A program made the position numbers and the translations under genes. A stretch of DNA of 63,137 bases, the filler included, from an uncultured bacterium (GTDB lineage: Bacteria > DAOPZR01), in NCBI GenBank assembly GCA_964637655.1. It is 23 parts of 23 records of this genome, joined end to end, with 100 filler letters (N's around TTAATTAATTAA, not from the genome) between each part and the next. Parts side by side here need not be neighbours in the genome. Positions count along the whole stretch, not along the records: positions 20,012 to 22,713 come from CAZWUZ010000392.1; positions 22,814 to 25,507 come from CAZWUZ010000393.1; positions 25,608 to 28,276 come from CAZWUZ010000394.1; positions 28,377 to 31,036 come from CAZWUZ010000395.1; positions 31,137 to 33,795 come from CAZWUZ010000396.1; 18 more parts are not named here. The stretch is one strand, 5' to 3'. Shown here one piece after another: positions 21,104-32,288 of the stretch (positions within the stretch are counted from its first letter, which is position 1; each line of letters begins with the position of its first letter). Below the pieces are notes generated by a model, which worked only from the letters and a program-made list of their open reading frames with translations, was not told the DNA's origin and did not search any database.

Positions 21104-22713
21104 GCACCCCCCGATGCCGGCGGCGCGGACTCGGCGGCGCGCGCGAGGGGGGTGCCGGCCAGCGAGGTCGGTGCCACGCGCAGCACCTCCTCCACCGTGG
21201 TCACCCCGGCAATAATTTTCTGCCAGCCGTCCTCGACCATGGTCATCATTCCCTGTTCCACCGCCTTGGCGTAGATGACATTGGAAGGCATCTTGTTGAC
21301 CACCAGTTCCATAACCTCGTCGGTCATCTCCAGCAGTTCAAACAGCCCGAGCCGCCCGCGATACCCCGTCTTGACGCAGTGCGTGCACCCCTTGCCATGG
21401 TAGAACGTCACCCCGCGACGCAGGGCCTCGGTCGCCCCGAGTTTGCGCAGGTCGTCAGCATCCGGTTCGTACGGTTCCTTGCACTCGGGACAGATGGTGC
21501 GCACCAGGCGCTGGGCACAGATGGCGCGCACGGTCGAGGTGAGCAGGAAGGGCTCGACCCCCATGTCGATAAGGCGGGTGACGCCGCCGGCGGCGTCGTT
21601 GGTGTGCGTCGTCGACAGCACCAGGTGCCCGGTAAGCGCCGACTGTACGGCGATTTCCGCCGTCTCGACGTCACGAATCTCCCCGATGAGGATGATGTCC
21701 GGGTCCTGGCGCAGGATCGAGCGCAGGGCGGCGGCAAAGGTCATGCCGATCTTCTCGTTCACCGGGCACTGCACCAGCCCGTTGACCTCGTACTCGACGG
21801 GGTCCTCGACGGTGATAATCTTGTCGTCCGTGCTGTTGATCTCGAGGATACCGGCATAGAGCGTCGAGGTCTTGCCGCAGCCCGTCGGCCCGGTGATGAG
21901 CACCACCCCGTTCGGGTTTTCCAGCTGCTTGCGGAAGCGCTCCTCGACCGGTTTCTGCATGCCCAGCTGGTCGACCTTGAGCATGATCGAGCCGCGGTCG
22001 AGCAACCGCAGCACCACCGACTCGCCGTACATGGTCGGCAGGGTCGAGACGCGCATGTCGACCTCGCGCCCGCCCATCTTGAGGCGGATGCGTCCGTCCT
22101 GCGGCAGGCGGTTCTCGGCGATGTTGAGGTTGGCCATAACCTTGACGCGTGAGGGGATGCCCGCCCAGAGGTTGCGCGGCGGCGACGGCACCTGCTGCAG
22201 GACGCCGTCGATACGCTCGCGGATCTGCAGGATTTTCTCGAACGGCTCGATGTGGATGTCAGAGGCGCGGTCCTTGAGTCCCTGCAGGATGACCGCGTTG
22301 ACATACTTGATCACCGGGGTGTCCTGCGCCGCCTGTTCGGCGCTGGTGGCGAGCCCGCTCCCCGGCGTGTCGGTATCCGCGACCATGATGTCGTCTTCGC
22401 TGAGGTCGCCGATGGTCGCTTCGAGCGATTCGAGCGAGGCATACAACTGGTCCTGCAGCGCGGTAATCTCGTTTTCCGGGGCGATGACCGGCTCGATGTA
22501 GGTGCCAAGCATCAGCGACATGCTGTCGAGGATGGCGATATCGAGCGGGTCGGCGACAGCGACAGTGATCTTGTCCTCGGTATGCTCGATGGGCAGGATT
22601 TTGTGTTTGCGCGCCACCTTGTCGGGGATGAGCTTGACCATCTGCTCGGTGATCTGGTAATCCGCCAGGCGCACGTAGGGGATGCCGAGCTGCGCCGAGA
22701 GCGCGGCGGCGAT
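21100..22713 (-). CDS. pilB: GspE/PilB family secretion ATPase (paralog 1), 5' partial
   Basis: RASDIHIEP, GPTGCGKTST, LRQDPDIILIGEIRD, TGHLVLST, Zn motif CPEC...CTHC and GYRGR. Confidence 0.92.
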   Translation of the reverse strand: MAAALSAQLGIPYVRLADYQITEQMVKLIPDKVARKHKILPIEHTEDKITVAVADPLDIAILDSMSLMLGTYIEPVIAPENEITALQDQLYASLESLEATIGDLSEDDIMVADTDTPGSGLATSAEQAAQDTPVIKYVNAVILQGLKDRASDIHIEPFEKILQIRERIDGVLQQVPSPPRNLWAGIPSRVKVMANLNIAENRLPQDGRIRLKMGGREVDMRVSTLPTMYGESVVLRLLDRGSIMLKVDQLGMQKPVEERFRKQLENPNGVVLITGPTGCGKTSTLYAGILEINSTDDKIITVEDPVEYEVNGLVQCPVNEKIGMTFAAALRSILRQDPDIILIGEIRDVETAEIAVQSALTGHLVLSTTHTNDAAGGVTRLIDMGVEPFLLTSTVRAICAQRLVRTICPECKEPYEPDADDLRKLGATEALRRGVTFYHGKGCTHCVKTGYRGRLGLFELLEMTDEVMELVVNKMPSNVIYAKAVEQGMMTMVEDGWQKIIAGVTTVEEVLRVAPTSLAGTPLARAAESAPPASGGA

Positions 22714-22813
22714 NNNNNNNNNNNNNNNNNNNNNNNNNNNNNNNNNNNNNNNNNNNNTTAATTAATTAANNNNNNNNNNNNNNNNNNNNNNNNNNNNNNN
22801 NNNNNNNNNNNNN

Positions 22814-25507
22814 TTGACGTCCTGCACGAACTTGTTGGCGGCGGACCACTCGACGAAGACCCACTTCTCGAGCTTCTCCAGCAGCCCGTCGGCGTTCTCG
22901 AACCGGCGGAAGTAGTCGAGCAGCTTCATCACGCGCGGGCGCAGCGCCTCGACCGTCGCGCGGTCGCCGCTGCGGGCGCGCAGCATGCCCTCGCGCCGCC
23001 ACAGATCGGCGTCACGCGGGCGCAGCGCCTGCGCCCGCGCCAGCGCCTGCAGCGCGACGGGCACATCGCCCGACGCCGCGCACGCTTCCGCGAGACGGGT
23101 ATACCCTGCCACCGCGTAGGGGTCAAGTTGCACGGCGCGTTCGAGGGAGCGGCGGGCGGCGGCGTAGTCGCGCGCGGTCAGTGCCATGATCCCCGCCGCG
23201 CGATGTGCCACCGCGCTGCTGCCATCCGCCGCCAGCGCCGCGCGGACAGGGGTGGCAGCCGCCGGGTCGCCCGCCTCGGCCAGCAGCAGGCCGAGCCGCG
23301 CCTGCGCGGCCGCATCGGCGGCGTTCTGCGCCACCGCGCTCCGCAACTCCGCCAGCGCCGCCGCGTTCATGCCCTGCGCCGCATAGGCCTCGCCGAGCAG
23401 GGCGCGCGGCTGCTGCGCGGGCGGGGCAAGGCGCACCGCCTCGCGCAGGTCGCGCACCGCCGCGGCAACATCACCCCGCCGCAGGTGCAGCCGCCCGCGC
23501 CGCTCATAGCCCGTCCACTGCGCCGGTGCATGCGCGAGGAGCGCATCATAGGCGCGCTGCGCCCCGTCAGCATCGTTCACCCGCAAACAGGCATCACCCT
23601 GTGCGGCATACGCGCGCTGCGTCAGCGCCTCTCCCGCCGCGGCCGCGACGGTGCCGCGCAGTTGCGCCGCCGCCTGCAACGCGCCCGGATAGTCGCCCGC
23701 CGCGAGACAGGCGGTCGCCAGCGCCTGCACTGTTTCCGGGCGCGGCTGCAGGGTTGCTGCCCGGGTCAGTGCGGACGCCGCCGCCGCCGGGTCGCCAAGG
23801 GTGCCGTAGAGCAGGCCGAGATTATGCCAGGCCGCGGCGTTATCCGGTGCCGCCCGCAGCAGCGCCGCGTAGGCGCGCAACGCGCCGGCCGGATCGTTCC
23901 GCCGCCGGCAGAGCTCAGCGAACCCCTGCGCCGCGGCCGCGTTGCCCGGGTCGGCCGCCAGCACCCGCTGATAGTCAGCCAGCGCGCCGCCGAAATCACC
24001 TGACCGCTCGCGCTGTGCCGCCGCCAGCAGGCGCGCGTCACTGCTGTTCGGGTCGTCCGCCAGCCACTGCCCGCAATAAAGGAGCGCGCTGCGCGCGTCG
24101 CCGCTTGCCGACGCGGCCCGGGCCAGCGCCGCATAGGCGGCGGTATCGCGCTCGCCGGCCGTGAGGGCGGCGCGATATTCCGCCAGCGCTGCCGCCTGCT
24201 CCCCGCTCCCCGCCAATGCCTGCGCGCGGCGGATCCGCACCGGTTGTGCGCCGCCGCGCGCGCCGTAGTCCTGCAGCGCGGTAAGCGCTTCCGTCCATGC
24301 GCCGGCCGCCGCCAGCGCGTCAGCCAGCAGCAGGCAGGGTGCCGCCAGCGCGGCATCAGCCGCAACCGCCCGCGCCGCATACTGCCGCGTCGTCGTTGTC
24401 TCACCTTCCTGCCACGCGCGCGCCGCCAGCTGCGTCAGCAGTTCCGCCTCCGCCCGGCGCAGCCGCGCGTCAGCGGGAAACTGCGTCCGCGCCGACGCCA
24501 GCAGCGCCAGCGCCGCCTCCTCCTCGCCCGCACCGGCGTGCAGCAGCGCGCGCAGGCGCAACACGTCGGCACTCGCGCGGCCGGCCGCCAGAAACGGTTC
24601 CAGTGCCGCCAGTGCCGCGACCGTGTCGCCGGCACTGCGCTGCAGCGCCGCCAGCAGGCAGGCCGCCGTCGCTGTCGCCGGACGCACCGCGCGCACCGTT
24701 TCCGCCCATGCTGCCGGTGCCTGTCCCGGGTGCAGGCGCGCATCACACAACGCCCCGGCATACGCCGCCTCGATGAAGTCCGGCTGGCGCTGCAGTGCCT
24801 CCCGGAACGCCGCACGCGCGTCAGCAATGCGCCCGTCACTCCATGCGGCCACCCCCAGCCAGTAGCGCGGCAACGCGGTCTCCGGGCGGGCAACGGCAAG
24901 GGCGCGCCAGTACGGACGGGCAGCCGCATACTGCCGGCGCTCCGTGAGCAGCCCGGCCAGACCGAACAGCGCGCGCCAGTCATCACCCGCCTGCACCAGC
25001 CGCTGCCGGTAGGACTGTTCCGCGAGGATGCGATTGCCCGCGCGCGCCGCCACCTGCGCGCGCCGCACGAGGTAGCGCGGGTCGGCACCCGCGGCAAAGG
25101 CCTGCGCGTAGAGCTGCAGCGCCAGCGGCAGGTTGCCGCCGGCGCGGGCCAGTTCCGCCTGCCAGAGCAGCGCGGCACCGCGCAGCGCCCCGCGCCCGGT
25201 GGCCGCCGCGGCAAACGCCGCCGCCGCGGCGTCCCAGGCACGCTGCCGCACGTGCAGGATACCCTGCTGATAGTGCAGCCAGGCATCGTCCGGATGCTCA
25301 GCCAGCGCCGCCGGTACTACCTGCGCCAGCGCCGTCTCGTTCTGCTGCTGCCGGTACAGGCGCGCCAGCCGCAGCGCGCGCCCCGGCGTCGCCACCGGCA
25401 GGCGCTGCAGCAGCGCCGCAGCGGCACTGTCGCTGCCGGTCCGCAGGAACGCATCGGCGCCCGCCAGCAGCAGGCGCGGGCTTGCGCCCCGCCGTGCCGC
25501 AGCCCGC
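22814..25507 (-). CDS. Long Ala-rich TPR protein, partial at both ends; the last ~55 codons look foreign
   Basis: Many TPR units (AWHNLGLLYGTLGD, YERRGRLHLRRGD). The distal segment switches to a GH78-like sequence. Confidence 0.8.
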
Positions 25508-25607
25508 NNNNNNNNNNNNNNNNNNNNNNNNNNNNNNNNNNNNNNNNNNNNTTAATTAATTAANNNNNNNNNNNNNNNNNNNNNNNNNNNNNNNNNNNNN
25601 NNNNNNN

Positions 25608-27376
25608 TCGTAGGAGCGCAAAACGATTTCCCCCTGCTCGCAGCGCACGGTGGAGAATTCGATGCGCTCGGTGACCATCAGCGCGGCGCGCCCGACGGTG
25701 AGCTGCACATGCGGGTGGATGAAGGTCTGCACCGCGATTTTGCCGTCGACCATGCTGTCGAGCATCTCGGCGCGCAGGGTGTCGACCTCCTGCCCGAGCG
25801 CCCCGACCTTATCCTTGAGCCGCGCCCCGACCTGGTTGAGTTCCTGCAGCATCGCCTCGCGCTCCGGCGGCAGTTTCCCGCCCGCCTGACGGATCTTGAG
25901 CAGCCCCTTGAGCCCGAGCACCACCTTGTTGAGCAGCAGCGACTGGCGGCTCAGTTCCTCCTCCGCCTGGCGGATGCGGTCGCGCAGGCGGAGCTGCATG
26001 CCGACCTCGAGCACCGTGGCGGCACCGCCGACAGCCCCGATCTCCTTGGCGTAGATGGCGCGCCCGGCGCGGATGGTGCCGCCGACGAGCACCGCCTTCT
26101 TCCCGGTCAGCGCGACGGTATGCGCGGCATCAACGCGGCTGTGCAGGATGGCCTCGCTGACAACGACATGCCGCCCGGCGCTGAGCCGCGCGTTCTCGAC
26201 GAACTTCGCCTGGATGTCGATGCCGGCACGCACCGTCCCCTGCTCCTTGCCGAGAATGCCGCCGCGCACCTGCACGCTTCCCTCGCACTCGACCGTCGCC
26301 ATGCCGATACTGCCGTGCACGACGACATCCTGCGAGGCGCGCACGCTGAAGTTGTCGACGATGCTGCCGCGCACGATCACCGTGCCGAGGAACGAGATGT
26401 TGCCGACGGCGAAATTGACGTCGCCGGGGATTTCGAGCACCGGCTCGACACTGAGCGTCGGCGCCTTGTACCTGACCTGTCCGTCGATGCCGGCAACACA
26501 GGTGACCCCGTCGTCGAGCTGCATGACATTTTTCCCCGCCACCAGCACAACTTCCCTGGCCGGCTTCGGATCGATGACCCGCCCGTGCACGTCCTGCCCG
26601 GCCACCCCCTCCTCTTTCGGCACCTTGACCGCCAGCACCTGCTGCGCGGCGACGCTCTCGATGAGGTTGAGTTCGTGGAAGTCGGCGTGGTCCTGCGCGT
26701 CGATTTTCGGGCGCGCGCGGCGCGTCAGTTCGACCTTGAACTCGATGCGCGCGTCGCGGCTGGCGCGCCCGGGAATCCCCTGCGCGACGATGTGCACGTC
26801 GAAGTAGCGCTTTTCCTCGACGATGGCCTTCACCTTGGCCTTATCGATGCCGCTGGTGACGTTCGCCTGCCGCAGCGCCGCCTCCACCTGTTCAATGGTC
26901 ACCTCGGGACCGCCGTTGGCAGGCGGCAGCACGGTCAGGGTTGCCGTCATGTGGTCGTCGTCAAGTTCCACCCGCACGCGCGCCGGCTGCGGGCGCAGCT
27001 CAGCCGCGGTCGCCGGCGCCGAGGCGGGGTCATCAGGCAGCAGCCCGGACGCCGCCGGCAGGGCGGCAGCCGACTCGGCCGCGACTTCCGGCGGCGGCTG
27101 CCCCCTGCGGAAAACGCGGCAGCGACAGGGGATGGCCGCGCCCCCGAGCAGCGCCGGCACCCCCTCCTCGATGACCCGGTGTTCGAGCTTCTCACGCCCG
27201 ACATGCAGCAGCATGGCCGCACGCGTGAGGCAGGCCTCGGGCGTTGCCGCCTCGACCACCGCGTGCTGCGGGCCGAGGATGGCTTCGTTCGGCGACAATT
27301 TCGTCATGCCGCGCGCCGCCTTCGGGTTGGTCGCCACGTTGCCTGCTCCACCAGTATCAGTATCGGCATACACCAA
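25608..27376 (-). CDS. FapA/DUF342 family flagellar assembly protein with Jag-N-like N-terminal domain, 3' partial
   Basis: DFHELNLIESV, GDVNFAVGNISFLGTVIVRG, AKFVENA and GGTIRA. Downstream of fliA. Confidence 0.85.
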
Positions 27377-27495
27377 GATGCTATTTAGTTATGAAGCAAG
27401 GATGGTGCCATTTAAACAAAAGACACTACCGCTTATGAAACAGAACGATATGAAATCGATACAAAATGTGGGGTGACAATTCTACAGGGAAGAAA

Positions 27496-28276
27496 CTACT
27501 CGTTCATCGGCCCGGTAAAGGCATCGATGTTTTTCTGCAGGATGGTGCGCAGGCGCAGCATCGCCTTGGTATGCAGTTGCGAGACGCGTGATTCGGTAAC
27601 CCCGAGCACTTCGCCGATTTCCTTGAGCGTCAGTTCCTCGTAATAGTAGAGGTAGACGACCTGCTGTTCCTTCTCGGGGAGCTGGCGCACCCCTTCGGCC
27701 AGCACACGTTTCATGTCCTCGCGTTCGAGGTGGCGGTCGGGGGTGTTTTCCGCGGGCCCCTCGAGCGAATCGAGCACGGTGGTCTCATCGTCGTCGGGTC
27801 CGCCGCTGTGCGGGCTGTCCATCGACAGGACGGTGGTCCCGCTGATGCTGAGCACCTGGGCGTTGAACTCGTCAAGCGACAGGTTGAGATGGGCCGCAAC
27901 CTCCTGGTCGGTGGGCGAATGCCCGAGCTGATTTTCCAGTTCGAGGTAGGCGCGGCTGAGCTGGCGCGCGCGCTGATGCACGGTGCGCGGGATCCAGTCG
28001 AAGGCGCGCAGTTCGTCGAGGATGGCGCCGCGGATGCGGGTCGAGGCATAGGTGCGGAACTTGACCTCGCGGGCCGGGTCGAACTTGTCGATGGCGTCGA
28101 TGAGCCCGAGCACCCCGTAGCCGATGAGGTCGTCCTCCTCGACGCTGGGGGGCATGGAGATGGCCAGGCGTCCGGCGAGATACTTGACCAGCGGGGCATA
28201 GAGTTCGATGAGGCGGTTGCGCAGCGCGAGCGCTTTCGTCGCGCGATACTCGCGCCACAGCTGTTCTTCGCCGGTG
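27496..28276 (-). CDS. fliA: FliA/WhiG family sigma-28 factor, 5' partial
   Basis: DDLIGYGVLGLIDAIDKFD, RIRGAILDELRAFDWIPR and LYYYEELTLKEIGEVLGVTESRVSQLH. Confidence 0.95.
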
Positions 28277-28376
28277 NNNNNNNNNNNNNNNNNNNNNNNN
28301 NNNNNNNNNNNNNNNNNNNNTTAATTAATTAANNNNNNNNNNNNNNNNNNNNNNNNNNNNNNNNNNNNNNNNNNNN

Positions 28377-31025
28377 CTCGAACTGCAGCTGCCGCGGACG
28401 CATGCCCGCCGGCACCTCGCTGACCACTTCGACGCGGAAGAGCGTCTGCAGCACCTGCTCGCGGATACTCTCGATCATCGCGTTGAACAGGCGCGCACTC
28501 TCGTTCTTGTACTCGACGAACGGGTCACGCTGCGCGTAGCCGCGCAGGTAGATGCCCTCGCGCAGGTGGTCCATCTGCAGCAGGTGCTCACGCCAGCGCT
28601 CGTCGACCGTGTGCAGCAGGACCATCTTCTCGAGGTAGCGGGCGCGGTCCGCGCCCAGTTTCGCCACCCGCACCGCGTAGGCGGCACGTACCGCCGCCAC
28701 CACCGCCTCGCCCGGTTCCTGCCCGGCCGCAAGCGCCCCGCGATCGAGCGGCGGCAGGGCAAAGGCCGCGAGCAGCCCGCGGTTCAGTCCGTCCCAGTCC
28801 CAGTCATCAGCATGCTTGTCCGGCGGGCAATAGTGGTCCGTCAGTGTTTCGACCTGATCGGCGATGAAGTTGTCGATGACTTCGCTGATATCGTCACACT
28901 CCAGCGCCTGCCGCCGCTCGCGGTAGACAATGGTGCGCTGCTGGTTCATCACGTCATCAAACTTGATCAGGTTCTTGCGGATGTCGAAGTTGCGTTCCTC
29001 GACCTTTTTCTGCGCGCGCTCAAGCGCCTTGGAGATGAAGGGATGGCTGATCACCTCGCCTTCCTCGACCCCGAGGCGGGTCATGAACCCCGCCACCCGG
29101 TCGGAGCCGAACAGGCGCATCAGGTCGTCCTCGAGCGAGACGAAAAACTGTGATTCGCCCGGGTCCCCCTGCCGCCCCGCACGGCCGCGCAGCTGGTTGT
29201 CGATGCGCCGCGACTCGTGCCGCTCGGTGCCGATGATGTGCAGCCCGCCGAGGTCCTGCACCCCCTCGCCGAGCACGATGTCGGTGCCGCGGCCGGCCAT
29301 GTTGGTGGCGATGGTGACCCCCCCGCGCTGCCCGGCGCGGGCGATGATCTCCGCCTCGCGTTCGTGGTACTTGGCATTGAGGATGCTGTGCGGGACATTC
29401 GCCGCGCGCAGCAGCTTGCCGAGCAGTTCCGACATCTCGATGGAAATGGTGCCGACGAGCACGGGGGCGCCGGACGCGTGGATTTCCTTCACCCGCTGCA
29501 CGATGGCGTTGTTTTTCTCCCGCTTGCTGCGGTAGATGGCGTCGTCGCAGTCCGTGCGGATAAGCGGCATGTTGGCGGGGATGATGACCACGTCCAGTTT
29601 GTAGATTTCGCGAAACTCGACCGCCTCGGTGTCGGCCGTGCCGGTCATGCCCGCCAGTTTGCCGTAGAGGCGGAAGTAGTTCTGCAGGGTGATGGTGGCC
29701 AGCGTCTGGTTCTCGCTCTCGACCACCACCCGCTCCTTCGCCTCGAGCGCCTGGTGCAGCCCGTCGGAGAACCGCCGGCCGGGCATCAGGCGCCCGGTGA
29801 ACTCGTCGACGATGAGCACCTTGCCGTCTTTGACGATGTAGTCGACGTCGCGCTCGTACAGGCGGTGCGCGCGCAGCGCCTGCAGGTAGTCGTGGATGCG
29901 GTCCATGTGCTTCGCGTCGTAGAGGTTGGCGACGTTGAGCAGGCGCTCGATGGTGCGGATCCCCGCATCGGTGATGTTGACCGTGTACTCCTTCTCGTCC
30001 ACCTCGAAGTCGGTGCCCGCCGTCAGCGCGCGCGCCACCTGGTCGGCGGCGGCGTAGCGGTCGGGGTCGTCCTCCGACGGTCCGCTGATGATCAGCGGGG
30101 TGCGCGCCTCGTCGACGAGGATGCTGTCGACCTCATCGACGATGGCAAAGGCATAGGCGCCGCGCTGCACGCACATGTCGAGCGACGCCGCCATGTTGTC
30201 GCGCAGGTAATCGAACCCGTACTCGTTGTTGGTGCCGAAGGTGATATCCGCGCGATAGGCGTCGCGGCGCGGCACCGCGACAAACTGCGACGGCTGGGAC
30301 GGGGTCTCCGATTCGAGGCAGTAGGCGGTGGCATGCTGCAACACCCCGACGCCGAGCCCGAGAAAGCGGTAGATCTGTCCCATCCAGAGCGCGTCGCGCT
30401 TGGCCAGGTAGTCGTTGACGGTGACCAGGTGCACCCCCTGCCCGGCGAGCGCGTTGAGGTAGGCGGGGAGCACGGCAACGAGGGTCTTCCCCTCGCCCGT
30501 CTTCATCTCGGCGATCTTCCCCTGGTGCAGCACGGTGCCGCCCAGCACCTGCACGTCGAAATGGCGCATGTTGACCGTGCGCAGCGCCGCCGCGCGCGCC
30601 AGGGCAAAGGCCTCGGGCAGGAACAGCGCCAGCGGGTCCGGCTGTTCCTCCGTGCTGCCCAGTTCCTGCAGCAGGGCGCGGAACGTCGCGTCGTCCATGA
30701 CGTCGGTGCCCGCCGCCCAGCGCGCGGCGCGGGCGCTGAACTCGTCGGCACTGCGGGCGATGCGCTCGGGGCGGAAGGCGCCGAGCAGCACGCTGGAGAA
30801 GGCATCCTCCTTGAAGAGTTCCGCATAGGCCAGCGACTGGGCCTGCAGTCGCTCGGTCAGCCGCCGCGCCGCCGCCGCCGCGTGCTGTTCCCCGCCGGTA
30901 CGCCAGCGGTCGAGCGCCGCGGCGCGCGCGGCGGCCGGGTTGCCGCGATACCCGGCGCGGTCGGCCGCCGCCTCGTTGAGCGCCTGCTGTACCGCCCCGC
31001 GGAGCGCCAGCGAACGCGCCAGCCG
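28377..31025 (-). CDS. secA: Preprotein translocase SecA, partial at both ends, atypical long N-terminal region
   Basis: AEMKTGEGKT, VTVNDYLA, AIVDEVDSIL, ATNMAGRGTDI and ERHESRRIDNQLRGRAGRQGDPG. The frame is open upstream to a TAG at 31026-31028. Confidence 0.96.
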
Positions 31026-31136
31026 CTACCCGGAGTNNNNNNNNNNNNNNNNNNNNNNNNNNNNNNNNNNNNNNNNNNNNTTAATTAATTAANNNNNNNN
31101 NNNNNNNNNNNNNNNNNNNNNNNNNNNNNNNNNNNN

Positions 31137-31643
31137 ATTGCGCGGCGGGTTCTGCCATTGCGGCAACCCGTTGAGCAGTATCGCGCTGCTGGAGACCTCG
31201 ACGATATGAAAACTCTGCAGGTCGATGCGCTGGTCTACCACTTCGTCCTCGCGCAGGACGAGATTGCGGTCGTTGCGGTCCTTGACCGGGCGCCCCTCGG
31301 CATCGAAGAATTCGAGGCGCAGCGGCCGCCCGGCCGGCCATTCGATGGTCAGGGACAGTTCCACCTTGCGCCCCGCGGTCAGTTCCACAGGGAGGCGCCG
31401 CGCATAGCGTCCTGAAGCGGTGATGAGCACGCTGCCGGTGAAGGGCTCGTCCGAGAGGAGTGAGAGGGTAAGCGGGCAGCCGCGGTTCTCAATGACGCGG
31501 CGCTCGAAGCCCGCGCTGGCTGATACCTGCAATTCCGCAGCGGCGGGGAATGCACAGCAGAGGAAAGCAATAACCAGCACCGCCACGATGTGGCGGCGTG
31601 TGTGGACTTTCGGCGGCAGGCAGCGCAACCGTGGCAGTTCCAT
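31137..31643 (-). CDS. Secreted hypothetical protein, 3' partial
   Basis: Signal peptide (PAAA-EL) and beta-rich N-domain. Start chosen from the promoter position. Confidence 0.65.
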
Positions 31644-31656
31644 GAACCCTGGACGG

Positions 31657-31684
31657 AGTATACACCATAAGGTTACGTTGTCAA
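31657..31684 (-). promoter_or_regulatory. sigma70-type promoter
   Basis: Minus strand TTGACA-N16-TATACT. Confidence 0.6.
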
Positions 31685-31696
31685 GCAACCTTTATC

Positions 31697-31829
31697 GGGG
31701 ACGGGTGTTGACAAATTGACAAACTTGCGATTTGGGTATTTTTGACCTGCTATTTGGACAAATCAGGACGTGGAGGAAAAAGAAAAAGTACCAATCTGAA
31801 AGTTAGTCAATTTGTCAACACCCGTCCCC
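31697..31829. mobile_element. 133-bp MITE/REPIN-like element with 30-bp inverted arms
   Basis: GGGGACGGGTGTTGACAAATTGACAAACTT ... AAGTTAGTCAATTTGTCAACACCCGTCCCC (29/30 complementary) around an AT-rich core. Confidence 0.8.
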
Positions 31830-32258
31830 GGTTGTGAACCAGGCGGTGAGGAGGGCAAACAGACGTTCGTTATCGGCGGCGGTGCGGGGCTTGGGGCCGC
31901 GGGTGCGGCCGCCGCCGCGACGGAGCTTTGCGGCAGCGTGGCGGGCAGCGAGCAGCCCGTCGATGTTGCCGGCGTCATATACCAGTCCGGTCGGGCTGAT
32001 TGCGCGGGCCTGTTTGCCCAGCGCAAGAGCAGCCACCCCGTAATCCTGCGTGATGACGATGTCGCCGGTGAGAAGGGCGTTGGCGAGCGCGAGGTCGACA
32101 CTGTCGCGGCCGCGGTCGCAGGTGACGACCTGCGCGCCGGAGTCAGCCAGTTCGTGCGCATCATCGCAGAAGAGGAGCACCGGCACGCCATGCTGCCGCG
32201 CGAGCGCGATAATGGCGCGGAGGGAGGGACAGGCGTCAGCGTCGATGAGCAGGCGCAA
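31815..32258 (-). CDS. YaiI/YqxD (DUF188) family protein
   Basis: MRLLIDADACP, DSVD, GDIVITQDYGVA and C-terminal RGPKPRT. The stop codon lies inside the repeat arm. Confidence 0.9.
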   Translation of the reverse strand: MRLLIDADACPSLRAIIALARQHGVPVLLFCDDAHELADSGAQVVTCDRGRDSVDLALANALLTGDIVITQDYGVAALALGKQARAISPTGLVYDAGNIDGLLAARHAAAKLRRGGGRTRGPKPRTAADNERLFALLTAWFTTGDGC

Positions 32259-32288
32259 GTTCTACTGCTTGCCGTCGCTGCTGCCCGA

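Noticed and set aside
31026-31028. In-frame TAG in secA as stop-codon recoding
   Set aside because: It is a single case 8 nt from a contig end, and TAG terminates other genes normally (for example at 650 and 38774).
20012-31036. Apparent cluster of pilB, TPR, fapA, fliA and secA as one secretion or motility locus
   Set aside because: The genes lie on four separate contigs ordered by length, so the adjacency is artificial.
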